A stretch of 63,930 bases of DNA, filler included, from Bigelowiella natans CCMP2755 (GCA_000320545.1; 7 parts of 7 records of this genome joined end to end with filler, not necessarily neighbours in it), one strand, 5' to 3'; positions 23,270-36,644 are shown, counted from the first letter of the whole stretch. Notes: generated from the sequence alone by a model not told the origin. Made by a program: numbers and translations.

Positions 23270-23679
23270 AGTGCTCTCACAGTCGCCCCTGCTTTCAGGG
23301 GAGTGGCAGTGACGAGTGGGAATTCATATTCGTGGTATCTTCGTACAAAAACACTTCAGATCGTGATTTTAATCTGCGACAAGATCATCGTTTGGTCGCT
23401 ACATGAAAACCCCTCAAAAATTCCCTAAAATTCCGACCCATATCTTCGCCGATTGGGGAAGCTCTTCCACACGGAAGTCCCAGGTTCATACGGACAGACA
23501 GAGAATTATCATACTTTAAACCTGATAATTGTGAATATTTTACTCCTTCCCTCTCCAAGAAGATCTTGAAGAGGAGAAAACCATTATGATTTAGGAGGTT
23601 GATATCCGTGCTTTATTCATAATTTATTGACTTAATACGAGATTTCGAATTTCAGCAAAGAAAACTATTCTACTTGTTC

Positions 23680-24781
23680 ATGTCCGGCTATGGAGGTGCA
23701 ATTTCTCCTCTTCTGCATCACCAACACTGTGTAAGGAGGACAAGTGGCGAGATCTTTCATCTTAAAGTGACTTCGGACGATCCCACTGAGGATGTGAAAG
23801 CGGAGAAGCAGCTTCGCTTTGTTCCGAGGACCACCGTCAATCAACTACCGAAGCATAGGAAGCACGAACGAGCAAAGGCAATACGAAATTATCTTTCAGC
23901 AGAGGTGATTGGCCCATCAACTAATGTCCTCTGCCTTGTCAGCGATGTGTAGCTTAATTGCTGACTTTTGATGCTTCCGCCCACCCTATTAAATAAATGA
24001 ATATCCTTTGGATCAGGACTCAGGCATATTTGGATGGGTGTACGCGCATTTCCTCAAAGGATCATTATTCCTTGTTATCTTCGAGATGACCATCTACATA
24101 TTCGTCATTAACATCATTTTTGGCTGGTAATGTGGAGACTACGATGTATAGTTCTGCGGGGAAGGGTTTCCATAATTATCCGAATGCATGGAACATAGGC
24201 TATACTGGATTTTTGGAGGCTGCTGTGGAGACGAGGAAGATCTATCATTCTGGGACGACTTCAACTTTTCCTTTCAAACGTAGGTTGCAACTGTTGTTGA
24301 GCTTTAGACCGTGATATTTCACAATTACACTTTCTCACACGCTCGTGTGACGATACTGCTGACGCTGAACTGGCATACAGGTTCACGACTGTCGGATATG
24401 GCACGGTAGTTAGTTGCTTCGCGACGTGTAGTGCATGTTAAGTAAATTTGAACTTAAAAGGATATTGAATCTAGATCTCGCCATAGTTTATGAACTTACG
24501 ACTCCGAAGATATTCCGTGTATTGCTTCGGAACCATGGAAGTGGTCATATGTCTATCTTAATACCATCCACCTATCTATAGCTCTCTCCTGAGGGTGTGA
24601 GCGCAAACATTATTGTCTTCTTCCAAGGTAGATATTGTTTGTTTTGGTGACCAAGTTGAAGGGAGGGAGGGAGGGAAAGAGGGAGGGAGGAAGGAATGGC
24701 GAGGGGAGCTGATTAACACAGACCTCTATTCACACCTGCCCGCAAAGATGTTGAAAGCTGGGCTGTGCTGCTGCTGCTGCT

Positions 24782-24822
<41 letters not shown>

Positions 24823-24835
24823 GTCTGTCCGTCTA

Positions 24836-24894
<59 letters not shown>

Positions 24895-25034
24895 TTCCCG
24901 TTGTTCTTCTCTTCTTCCTCCTCCTCTTCTTCCTAAGTTTCTACCCTTGGACAGGAATCCATAACTTGATTATGACGACGATTTTCGCTGGTATAGGAGA
25001 TGTAAAAAACACAATCGAGCATGCACCAGCACCT

Positions 25035-25069
<35 letters not shown>

Positions 25070-25588
25070 CATCCCTCAAACGGATAGAATATAGCCATTA
25101 TTCCTTCGTCGTACGATTGCTCACTGTGTACTCCTGCTCGGTCCCTATTTCATTGACATTCTCATGTGGTAGGCGTAGTAGTGACGAAGTTCATCAGGCC
25201 TCGGTGGAAATTCCGCTGCTCCGATTTCATCGTGGTATATTTCTCATAACAACGCAAGAAGTCATGCAGATAGATCGAGACATAAATAATCGCCGATGGA
25301 AGAATCCCTCGTACTCTACGTAGATAGAGTCCTGCTTCTATTTGTAAAAGAAGTATGAGCTGCCAACCCTTTCCTGATAGAATATCTGCTGTTTTTTGTT
25401 TTGTTTGTGGAAGATTCGCGATATCTTTGGGGTCCCCACGCTCGAGGTGCGCGTTGCGAATCAGGACGGGAAAACTACGGAGCTAAAGACGCTCACTGCG
25501 ACGCTTACATACGGAAGAATGTATGTTTCTGTGGGGGAAGTTGTCAGATTGGATTATCAGTTTTTCTTTTCTCAAGTTGAAAATTGTT

Positions 25589-25620
<32 letters not shown>

Positions 25621-27250
25621 CATATATGTACACATATATAAGAATGAATGCTCCGCCAGGGAATCACGGTCAAGCGGGGAGAGGTTTTATCAGATGACCA
25701 ATCTGCAGCTTAAACAGAGTGAGCGACACAGCCTCTCGGTATTATTATTATTAGTAGTAGTAGTAGTAGAAGAAAAAGAAATTGACTGTGTGTGATTGCC
25801 CTTCTACGCATTGGCGAGGAGGACGTCCAACAACAGTAGATCGGTGGGTGTGTTCTAGGCTGATATGGGTTTTGGCACAATGCATCGTTGCTAATGTAGG
25901 GAGTGTGGACGCTGCAGCACGTCATCAAGAAAGGTTTGCTTACTGCCTAGCTACCATCCTCGAAATAGATACTTATGCTGCTGCTGCTGTCGACCAAAAT
26001 GTATTCTCGTACACCTTGGTGACTCATGCTGCTAAATTTGCTGATGTTGATGATGATACCGTGGTGATGATGGTAGTAAGATACACACTAGAATAATGAT
26101 TTTTATGGCTTTGTCATCTCCTCGGCGATATCATTCTGTTGCTGCATCCGTCCCCTCCCCCCCTTCTCCGCATTCTTACCCACTTTAGGACATAAAGGCG
26201 AAGATGACGGCAGCCCTCTGTTTGGGCAAACATTTGATGTACTGAAGGAATGTTTGGCTCATGTAAGTACCTTAAATGCTTTATCTACTAATGGCGAAGT
26301 GCGTGGTGTGCGTGCTTTGCGTGTGTGGTAGATGTGTTTGTGTCATCGCTACATCGAAGAACAAGGATCCATTTTGTGTGTGTATTTTTCATTCCACAAC
26401 TACCCGCCGTCTCACTTCTCCCTCCCCCCCCCTCCCTTCCTCTCCTGGTTGTCGTCATTTCCTCGTTTGTAATTCAAGCTCCACCTGACAATCACCGGCG
26501 TGGATGAGGCCACTGGCGAGCCTGTCAACATCATTGAGTATTACGAGGCCGACGATATTCTCTACGGCTATAAGTTTCAAGATCAGGTAGGTGTCTCTGA
26601 TAGTAGTGATGCTAGCTGCTTTATTGGTGGAAAAGGTGATAATTACTGTCGGTGATAGAAAACTTGACTTCCTCGGTTCTTTCCCAATACACTCCGCCCT
26701 CCTTCGTTTAAGCCTCCCTTTCTACTCTCTCTCTCTCTCTCTCTCCATCTATGTGTATGTTTATGTTTATCATTATTGCTTCATCCGGGAACGACCTGGC
26801 CAACAACACAACAGCTGCAGTTTACAAAAGGGATAAATGGCGCCCCTTCTATCATTACGATTGACTTCGCTAAGCTCAACGCCGTGGTAATGATGCAATG
26901 CAACAGCCCTTTTGGAAGATTAACAACCATTTTCGGCATGGGATGATGGGGGGAGGTGTGGGGGGGGGGAATTAAGGGGGCTTCCTGCAGTAGAAAATCT
27001 TCCAAACCATAGATAATGTTGAGATCATCAGCTCTTCGTCAATACAGTGCTTAGAAAGCCTGATGCACGCATGACTTCTATCGAATTTGAATGGTTTCCT
27101 TTCTCGCCTGTCTGTTTTCATCCATTCATTCTTTCATTAATTCGCTCATCGATTCTTTGATATGCCTTACCTCTAGGAGCCAGCTGTGGTGAGCTATCCT
27201 GTCCACAGAGGCAGCAGAAACAACAAGAATGACTGCAAGGGCCAAATCTC

Positions 27251-27288
<38 letters not shown>

Positions 27289-27500
27289 CAAAATCCCAAA
27301 ATGACGATGGCAAGACGATTGGAGAAGGGCGCAGTGAAACAGCAGATGCCGGCAGCAGCCAGGAAACAACTACGGAGCAGCAGCGCCTTTTATCCCCCTC
27401 CTCCCACGACTCATCAACAAATGGCAGCAGCGGCTATGGGTCCACCGGTAGAAGAAGGAAGGGGGGAGGGCAGAATTACAGCGCCAGCAGCAGCAGCTAA
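23680..27500 (+). CDS. Inward-rectifier potassium channel (Kir/KirBac-like), multi-exon
   Basis: Spliced: DDFNFSFQT|FTTVGYGT|LSPEG (pore exon 24381-24405), TM2 ...FAG|VVVTKFIRPR, GVPTLEVRVAN, WTLQHVI..DGSPL, TGVDEATGEPV...YEADDILYGYKFQD and IDFAKL. These are the hallmark Kir pore and cytoplasmic-domain motifs. Confidence 0.9.
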
Positions 27501-28655
27501 AAATAAAGCCTTGAAGCATTAGGAGGTAATCCCAGGGCCCTCCCCCCCCTCCCTCACCAGGCATTCGAAGCAGTGAGTAAATCAGTCCTTCGTCATGTAG
27601 GATGTGAGACAGAGATCGGAGCGCAAACGACGACGATGGCGAGGACCGGAGGAGGGACGTTTTATAGATTCGTTCGCAAAGTTGCCGTGCACGTACACGT
27701 GTTGATTCTAGAGTATTATAACTAGCATATATGCTGCGTGACCTAGCCTGCTCATTCGTTTCGTTCTGGAAAGCCTGAGGCAGCTTGGAGACTCTGCGTG
27801 TGCGGAAGAAGCCATTGTTTATGGCACATTGCATTGCACTAGATAAGTAGAAATGAGTGCAAAATAATCGCCAGTGATGGATTGTTGCAAGCCACTTACA
27901 TCGGAAATACACAATATTGCATGTCTAGGTATCAATATACACTTGTAGCTAAAGATGAAGACTTATACGATGCAAAGGACATGCCATCACGATAAGCGAG
28001 CAAACTAGCACAACTGCCTCATCCTTGTGGAGGCCGCTATAGCTGGATAGCTGTAGCACACCTAGCTAGCTGCTAGACAAAGCTAGAGATTAAGCCATAA
28101 TTGCAAAGCATCTTGTAAGATTAGGAGCCAGCGCTTATACACATGCACGTATACACACGTATATGATTATGTATTTATATATTTATATATATGTATATAT
28201 ATATATATATATATATTTACATACATATACATCAACAGCTCTAGATATGCGCAGATAGTTTACTGGTACACTTCCTTTTTGTTTTAATGTGTCGGCTATG
28301 CGTGCATGCTGCGTGTTTAATAGTGGCGAACATGAAATCGAGGTGCTATAGATTCAACTCACATTTACATGGCTTCGTAATCCAACTACGCATACGATCA
28401 CCCCAAAGTTGCCACTCGCTACAATCCATCTAGTCATTTCAGCCTGTTTTACTTCCCAATCCTCTTTCTCTCACACGACACGAAAATCTACATCAAAAGA
28501 GCCGGCGAGGAGCCGTAAAGCGACCACGCGCCTCTCAAAACCTCTTGGGCCTGGTGCAGCCACAAATCATGCACTGGTGGCCGTGTTTCCAGCATATATC
28601 CGCAGGAATGAGATCGAGCACATCTACGAACGAGCCTGTAGTTTCATTGACGTGC

Positions 28656-28755
28656 NNNNNNNNNNNNNNNNNNNNNNNNNNNNNNNNNNNNNNNNNNNNT
28701 TAATTAATTAANNNNNNNNNNNNNNNNNNNNNNNNNNNNNNNNNNNNNNNNNNNN
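28656..28755. other. Assembly gap spacer (N44-TTAATTAATTAA-N44); also at 34336-34435, 38161-38260, 48063-48162, 56719-56818 and 60293-60392
   Basis: Identical 100-nt linker with stop codons in all six frames, occurring six times. Confidence 0.97.
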
Positions 28756-29537
28756 TAATTCATCATTTCTTGCGCCGGACGCTTTCTAACGTAAATCCTC
28801 TTTACTTCTGCCTGCATGTGGTTCTTCTCCTGTCCGTCTCTATTAGTAGCCATCCTTTTAGCACTGAGTAGATCTCGTAGCTGTTCCATGGTATCTTTTA
28901 GTTTTTTATTGTTAGCCGTAGCCAGGCTATACACGATAGCCTTATATTTCTTCTTTGGTTTTAACCCATTTATGAAACAGGTTATCTGCATCTGCTCGCT
29001 GACAGGCTGGTTCGCGTTGGCCAGCCTTCCGCAGATGGTAACGAATTTAGAATAATATGCCTCTACGTCGTGATCGAAATTTTCGATGGAGGCTTGTTGT
29101 AGGCTACTATTCAACTCATGCATGGACGCGTTATCGGTAGGCTTGAACCTCTCCGTTAGACGAGCCCAGGCGACAGCTGCAAGGCCTCCGGAGTTATCGA
29201 GTAGGTGTTGGTGGGCGGAGTGTACAGTTAGACAAATCGCGGCGTAGGCCCTCACATTGGCCTCATCGTCGGCGCTCGTAGCAGGTACACCTCCGCGCCA
29301 GATTTTAGCTTCGGTCTCGCTAATCCGGGCCACCTCCCTGCAGTACTCCGGATTCTTAATCACGTTGATAAGTTTCGCCGGCCTGTTAGCCGTGGTCGAT
29401 GGTTTCGCCATTTCGAAACAATCGATCATGTTTTCGGCCGCGAAAACAGCTTTCATCGTGAAGGCGTAATGGTTGAAGTTGCTACCTGACCTAGTCAGGT
29501 GAATCTTGGCTTTGCTCAGAAAAGACAACTGGGACAT
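28756..29537 (-). CDS. Ty1/copia gag polyprotein N-terminus (truncated by gap)
   Basis: Intronless ORF with a copia gag pattern (NFNHYAFTMKAVF; AWARLTERF; YYSKFVTICGRL; CFINGLKPKKKY). Confidence 0.8.
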
Positions 29538-29961
29538 GATTGCTCGCAATTCTCGTTGGCAAACTTTTCTCACTTTGAGGCTCTTGACCTGTTGGAGGGC
29601 TGGGTGCGGTGCGATGTGCGCGCAGTGAGCAAAAGCTAGCAAACGAGCAGGTAGCGGTGTTCAGATTGAACTGTGAGGTCATCATGCGAGGGTTGACCGC
29701 CCTCTGACAAGTGTCAAGCTTGTCATCAGTCACACGTGATTGCATTGGGTTTCTAGGCCGCGACAAGGCTAGTCCTTGTCGTGCGACATGCGTGTGCATT
29801 CCTTGTCGCGGCAGGCTGAAGCGTCACGGCAATGCTTGTCGCATCTGTGCCGCTTCACCTGCTGCTACGTGCACAGTTAATTTGCTAATTTCCTCGGTTC
29901 ATGCTCGCTTGCATGTTGACTACATGCATGTCAAACTTGCGCGAACATGGGAGCATCAACA
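28756..29961 (-). mobile_element. 5' part of a Ty1/copia LTR retrotransposon: candidate LTR 29590-29961, PBS-like 29579-29589, gag
   Basis: The minus strand reads ...CTCCAACA-GGTCAAGAGCC about 40 nt before the gag ATG. The candidate LTR is bounded by TGTTG...CAACA; its outer boundary is tentative. Confidence 0.65.
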
Positions 29962-30495
29962 AATGCGTCGACTTCGCAGAGACGACACAGGTGATTGCAT
30001 GGAGTGCACATTCTAGTTCTGGGTCTTTCCAAGCAGACAACACATTGAGCATTGCCATTGCTTGAACGATATCATGATCATCACCTGGCTACGTCGCATG
30101 CGGCTCCGCTGCTGCGTGAGGAAGTAAGGGAGCAACAAGGATGCCAGGGCAGTCGCATGTGCGCATGCTACGTGTACATTTTTGCATGCAATTATCATAT
30201 TGCAGCTTTGTATCTCCAACTCCACTTCACAGTCATGATGGGACAGCACGCTTATCATTGGCGTGCTAACTACGACACGCAACGCCCAATGGTACGACAT
30301 TGCACCGACAAGGGATTGACAACACAGATTTGATGTATGGAGTACGATGCGTATAGAAATGACGAGATTGGTAGTCTTGCAATACTTTTACTGCTACATT
30401 TTGCGGCAATCCCATGAAGCTCCTACATTTATGACAACTGACCCACTCAATGGCATGTAGATGGCACGCCTTTGTTCTTCTAAATGGGGCATATA

Positions 30496-31446
30496 TCAGT
30501 CAGGATTGGCTTCGCTATCGATAGCGGCGATGTTGTGGTCTTGGACAACTGGTCGCTCCACAGAAACGCCCCCAGAAATTCCAACTGGAGACCCTACGAC
30601 CTCATTCATATTGATGGATGAAGAAGCCTTCCCGGCGCCTTTGCCAGATTTGGCATCTTCATGATCCGCTTTAGCTTCCTCGATGCACTTGTCAACCATC
30701 TCAACATGTTTATAGTAGTTGTGATCGCATTCGTCATCCAGCTTCTTGGCGTATTCCTTCACGGATTTGCCACCTACCCAGTACATCCCGGAAGCCTTCG
30801 TCTCGATGTTGGCGCCTTTTTCAATGCAGAATCTTAGCATTTCCCAATGCCGGTGCCACACGCAAACATGCATGACGGTGCATGCATAATTTGCCTCTCC
30901 TTTGGCGTGAACTTGCGCGTGGAGAATTTGAATACCACAACGCTCCACAGAGGTTTTCAGGCTATCCAGAGCGTTTTGCTCCGCCATTTCATTAAGAGCA
31001 TACTTGTGCTCTAAGGTGAGAGTCGATACCCTGGGTATCGGTTCTTGGATAAACACTTTGGACAGATTACATTTTTCCGCATCCTGCACACATTCTTTCA
31101 TCTCCTTCTGATGCTCGTACCACGGGTGACCGGCCTTGTCGTCCAGCCATTTCGCGTATTGCTCCGGGGTCCTTCCATTTAGCCACCCACCCCCCGATCC
31201 CTTAACCTCAAGTTTTGCACCCTGCACGGCACACAAGCGAAAGAGCTTCCAGTGTCGATGCCAGACGCACCAATGGAGCACCGTTCCCGAGTTTCTGGAG
31301 GGATCCTTGTCATCTCGATGCAGATAATTCAAAATGCGATCTCGTCCGTGCTGGATTATGAGCCTCTGCATGCCTTTTAGATCATTTTGCTCGACGGCTG
31401 TGAGCGTCGAGGCTGAAATGTCGTCATGCTGACGGCTTTTTTTCAT
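30496..31446 (-). CDS. Intronless protein with an internally duplicated ankyrin-like module
   Basis: 316 aa. TVLHWCVWHRHWKLFRLCAVQGAKLEVKGSGGGWLNGRTPEQYAKWLDD is repeated as TVMHVCVWHRHWEMLRFCIEKGANIETKASGMYWVGGKSVKEYAKKLDD. Confidence 0.8.
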   Translation of the reverse strand: MKKSRQHDDISASTLTAVEQNDLKGMQRLIIQHGRDRILNYLHRDDKDPSRNSGTVLHWCVWHRHWKLFRLCAVQGAKLEVKGSGGGWLNGRTPEQYAKWLDDKAGHPWYEHQKEMKECVQDAEKCNLSKVFIQEPIPRVSTLTLEHKYALNEMAEQNALDSLKTSVERCGIQILHAQVHAKGEANYACTVMHVCVWHRHWEMLRFCIEKGANIETKASGMYWVGGKSVKEYAKKLDDECDHNYYKHVEMVDKCIEEAKADHEDAKSGKGAGKASSSINMNEVVGSPVGISGGVSVERPVVQDHNIAAIDSEANPD

Positions 31447-31471
31447 CGTCTAGTCGGTTCGAAAGTATCCT

Positions 31472-31531
31472 GGGTTGTGCATTCGGGTTGTGCGTTCGGG
31501 TTGTGCGTTCGGGTTGTGCGTTCGGGTTCGG
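31472..31531 (+). repeat. 13-bp tandem repeat GGGTTGTGCGTTC, four copies plus a partial, just upstream of the ankyrin-like ORF start
   Basis: Copies at 31472, 31485, 31498 and 31511. Confidence 0.9.
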
Positions 31532-32005
31532 TCGTAAACTTTCCCTCATCTTTTAGGCTGCATCATAGACAGTTTTTCTCACGGTAATTTCACCATGAGG
31601 CACGATTATATCGTTGTCGCCCACAATTTTCATCGTGGAAATGGTCGATGCGTTGTCGTGTCTGAAGATCGGAATCAGCAACTTTCGTTTTGAGCCGCAC
31701 TACTTCCATTCAGGTTCCGGCAACAACACAGAGAACACATTTCACAGACAAGATCGGTTACGAGAGTTGCGGTCATTTTTCGGATGTCGCGCGGCGGTTT
31801 TCTCCTAGGACTTGGCTAAAATACCGATTTTCCAGACAGAAATGGATCGCGGTCATATCCCAATGCCTCATCGGGAGTCACGTCACCCGTCTCCCAAATG
31901 CCTCGAGCTAACCCGGCAGGTGATCTGGGCCAAGTCCACGGACTTCGTCTATGCAGAGGAGGCGGATGGAGGGATAGTAGGCAAATGATTCACTGTTGTG
32001 TGTGA

Positions 32006-32043
<38 letters not shown>

Positions 32044-32448
32044 CTTTGTCAGTGAGTGCGAGTTTGCTTCAATCGTCAGTTGTAATTCTTGCAATGGGGA
32101 CTGCCGCCCTATGGCTAAATCACGGGCGATCGGGAACAGGGAGGCTTGTTGCTCGCTCCTCAGCATGCTATACCTATCGTTATCACGTGAATTACAGGAG
32201 GTAGTCAAACGCGCCGTCATGCTATGAATGCTGCCCTGAGAGCTACACCCGCGTGTTTTGATGTCATCAGTGGATCGAAGCCATCTTTACAGCACGCCCG
32301 AGAGTTCCACCAGGTCTCCGAGAGGACTCATTTTGCTCAACGACTACGACATATCATCATTTCGTTTACTTTTTCGCGTTGGGTTTATGGAGTAAGAATG
32401 TGGGTACGCACGTGACGTGTGTGTGCATCGGCGTATGCGTTTGAGTTT

Positions 32449-32487
<39 letters not shown>

Positions 32488-32555
32488 GATATTGGTGGTG
32501 TGTTATGCTTGACGTACACACGCGTGGTGGACGTTGAATTCGCTCACAATGGCTG

Positions 32556-33551
32556 GTGGGAAACATATGTAACACACAGCAGCCAATGGAACGTGGTGGT
32601 GAGATCATCGGACGACGGAAAGCTTTCCTCCGGGGCGGGGCTTGGGACCATCACCCTCGGTCTAAAGGCTTTGCTGCAATGGCGGCCCCTAGCACGAGCT
32701 ACAGCGGCAACAACAGCACTAGAGACACCGATGCGAGCAAAACGATTAAAATGACGAGCGTTCCCCCCTCCGCCTTCAACTTCTCGGGGACAAGGATCCC
32801 CACCCAACCCCAAAAGCGAGCATTTGCCTCGGCTTCGGGCTCGAGGGATTGGGAAGAGGGGAGGGCCACTGACTCTAAGACTATAAAATCTGCCGTATCT
32901 TCATCTCCGCAGCGGCAGGGACTTGATATACCTTCGGTATGTCTAATCCCACACCTCTTTCCCCCCTCTGTGCTCCTCGCCATCTCGTTGCCCCCCACGC
33001 ACATTCTGATGAACTATGATTGCCAATAGCCCGGGGGGGTAGAGAGGAGAGGGGGGGGGGGGGTTTCTGAAACACCTCAGAAACAATGCTCCGAAGCAGC
33101 AGAGTCGCGCGTGCTTTACTCCAACAATGCTCTCTTGTCTTGTCAGCCCGTTGACGAAGAATACGTACTGGATTTCGGGAAATTCTCGGGCAGAAACCTA
33201 TCCCAGGTAGTTTCGTTGCAAAGGCTAAGATGGAGGACGGGGTAGGGTTGTTCGCATCAATGTGCGAAGGCCTGGCAGCGGAGATGGTGCTACTGCCGTC
33301 TTTGGGATAGCCCTGCGCACCGCAGCCAGCAGAGGATGATGACTGCTCATTCCGAGAGTCAATTGCGAAGTGTGATCATCACCGATGTTGCTCTCTGTGT
33401 CGCAGTATTCGCATCTTAGATTTGCCCCGTGAGAGTTGTGGAGGGAGGTTGATGAGAGAAAAAGAGAAAGCGGGGTGGGAGAAAGCAAGAGAGGAGATTT
33501 GCGTATGCGCTGTTATCATCTCTATGAAGATAGACGCGATTAACTGTAACG

Positions 33552-33585
<34 letters not shown>

Positions 33586-33988
33586 CTCCTCAAGATCCCT
33601 GAGAATTACATAGAATGGCTTGTAAAGGAGAGGTGAGAACTACTACATCAACAACAATCATCGCCACCACTTCCATGACCACGCAACAATCAATAAACTC
33701 CTGTACTAACCCCCTCTCCTCCTCCTCCTCCTCCTCCTCCTCCTCCTCCTTGACCGGATATTTCTGGATAGAGTCTATAATAACCGAGAGGGGCTGAAGG
33801 GAGCATTGCTAAAAGCTGGAAGGATAAGCGAGGAAGATGCGAGCTCCTCCTCTGCGCTCGGAAGTAATAGCCAAGCTGACGGTCTGCAAGGAGTCGGGGG
33901 GGGGAAGGGCGATTCTTCTAATGATCTCCCTCTTCAACCGAATGCAACCGCCAGAAGGCCTACGACGAAAACAACAAGTAATCTGTAA
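32556..33988 (+). CDS. Probable multi-exon gene with MGNIC N-terminus (possible myristoylation/palmitoylation), unknown product
   Basis: 157-aa first ORF with a GT donor near 32936; later exon-like pieces near 33080-33206 and 33770-33988. Confidence 0.35.
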
Positions 33989-34435
33989 CGATGGAATTCT
34001 CTACAAGCTCACATCCCTCCCCATACATACACGCCACATACGCGCGCGCGCGCGCGCACAATGACTCATATGCACACTAATAACATACAAAAACCTTTCC
34101 AATACCATCTACCTTCCACCTCCCCCCCTCCCCCCCCCACCGGATTTTTTATCTGGGGTTTCGGATTTTTTAACTGAGACTGTGGAGCAAGAGATTACTT
34201 GTTTTACATATTCATGAGGTCGAGGCTGTTCTTATTGTCGTTGTCGGAAAAAACGTGCTTACTCTTAGCTAAAAATATTTTCTTTAAACTTATGACGCTA
34301 ATTGGATATCAACCCGCGAATGCTCGATCTAGATGNNNNNNNNNNNNNNNNNNNNNNNNNNNNNNNNNNNNNNNNNNNNTTAATTAATTAANNNNNNNNN
34401 NNNNNNNNNNNNNNNNNNNNNNNNNNNNNNNNNNN

Positions 34436-34470
34436 TATTCAACGAGAATACCATCAGTAACATTAAAATA

Positions 34471-34513
<43 letters not shown>

Positions 34514-35718
34514 CAGTCATAATGGACAATGAGCCTCTCCTGCGACTACCCAGCAGCAAAGCGGATATCCTTTTCCGAGACCGAGGAGTCCGCATCTTTT
34601 CGTCGCCTCCTCGCCTTCACCTCTTGGTGTCGTAGCAGGTAAGATACGGATGGAGCACTCTTGCGACGGGCTAGACGAAAAGAGATCATTAGATCGCAAG
34701 GAGGAAGGAGGAAGGAGGTAGAGGAGGCGGAGGAGAATCTTCATGCTGACAATATTACCAGTCTTGCGATCATAATTTCCCGGTGATTTTGAGTCCTTCT
34801 CAACTACCATCGAAGAGCCCTCTACTGCAGGATCGATATGATCTCTTCGCTCGCTGTGGATGCCTGTTCAAGAACGCATCATCTCAGTCGACGATGCACA
34901 ACTCGCAGAGCTTTCTAGAAAGGGGGGGGGGGGGGGGGGGTAGCGCTGTCAGTAGTCAAGCAACGCTATTTCACCTTCTGATTCCTTTTGGCCGCTGCCA
35001 AATTCGTCAAACCATCCCTCCTGTATGGTGGTGATAGCGCTGTTTGTATCAATGACGACTAGTGGCTGGCGAGATAAGTGACATCTCGTATCTACTGTTT
35101 TTGTGACTTCATAATTTTCATTTCATTTTTTTTACGTTGTCCGCTGTTGGAGTGAATGCGTTGATCGTGACATTGCTCTGAAGTTATGAAAATCCTCAAA
35201 TATATTAGCAATGCGCCATTGGCGGTGTGGTGTATTCCAAACGATGCTGTCGTATCACATCGTTATCATCATCATTCTCATCTCCACTTTTATCAGACTG
35301 ACCATAGAGCCATATTCCCCTTTAAAGATAGCGGAACTTAGTGATTCCATTTTTGGAAGATCAATCGGCAGCGTGAGCCTGCTTCTGCTACTGCCGTCGT
35401 TGTCTTCATCTCCCCCCCCGGTATCTGCAATATGTGCGTCAGAGCCAGCAATCCCTAAGAAGCCATTTACATTTACATCGGGGCTCGGATGTATACCTCT
35501 CGCCTGATTATTCCTCGATGACATAGCTGCCTGACCAACGACCGCAGAGGCAAGTGGTTCACGCCTGGGGCTCGAAGACAAAGCCCCCCCCCTTCCCCTT
35601 CGGGAGGGAAATGAACTTTTAGATGGCGTCTGGTCGATGAGGCACGAACGGCCAGCGGAAATAGCCTGCGACAATAAATTATTATGTCGCAGGAAAATAA
35701 TTCAGCTCTTTCTCCCAT
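34436..35718 (-). CDS. 5' part of a probable gene, truncated by gap, unknown product
   Basis: 139-aa open segment ending ...SSAIFKGEYGSMVSLIK|gt; divergent from LSM4. Confidence 0.3.
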
Positions 35719-36022
35719 CCGTTCGAAACTGCGCCAGAAAATAATTAGACCCGCTGAAACCTAGAAATGAATTATTCCCGAAGGGGATATCGCCTGGCTT
35801 GTGGGGGGTTGGATAAGGAGGGACAGCGTGCAATATGTTAGTTATTATTGGTATAATTTCCGGTCCAAAAATGGGAGACAGTGCAACAGTCTGGACAACA
35901 ATTGTCAAAGAACATTCTCGCGGAAAGTGCGCACATCTTTCCTCGCCCCCCCCCGTTCACAAAGCTAAAAACCTAGCATCTGAGAACCGAAAGAAGACCG
36001 CGAGGGAGAAGAACACAACTAA

Positions 36023-36644
36023 ATGCTTCCTCTTTCGCTGCTAAGAACGGCTGTTGGCCATCCTATGTTGGTGGAGCTACGCAATGGGGAAACTTACAAT
36101 GGCCACCTTGTCAGTTGTGACAACTGGATGAATCTGCTCATCCGGGGAGTGATCTGTACGTCGAGGGATGGCGAGCGTTTCTGGCAGATGGACGAATGCT
36201 ATATTAAGGGGAACACGATAAAGTATTTGAGAATTCCCGACGAGGTACAGCGCCGCCATGCCATGCCATGCCATGCTGCCCAATTTGGCGGAATCACAAC
36301 ATTAGACAATCCCCTCATATCAGGTATTAGAGAAGGTGAAAGAGGAAACCTTCAGCTACCAGAATAAGGATAGAAATATTCGTGCTGGCCGGGGGCGCGG
36401 GCGTGGGCGCGGCCGTGGAAGGGGTATGTATTTCCTCTCCCTCATCTCCCTCATCCTTTAATTCTAGGCATCATCGATCGCTACTCGATGACGATGATAA
36501 CCATACCATAACAGTACGAGTGATTGAGAAAACAATCGACACTGTGTTGCCATAATTGCACAAACAGGTCGGGGTAGAGGACGGGGCCGTGGACGCGCTG
36601 CTCTTGGTTCTCGAGGTCGGGGGCGGGGAAGAGGCCGTTCCTGA
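36023..36644 (+). CDS. LSM4: U6 snRNA-associated Sm-like protein LSm4
   Basis: Exons 36023-36244, 36324-36423 and 36568-36644: [37 protein letters not shown]...KYLRIPDE|VLEKVKEE... with a C-terminal RG-repeat tail. Confidence 0.96.
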
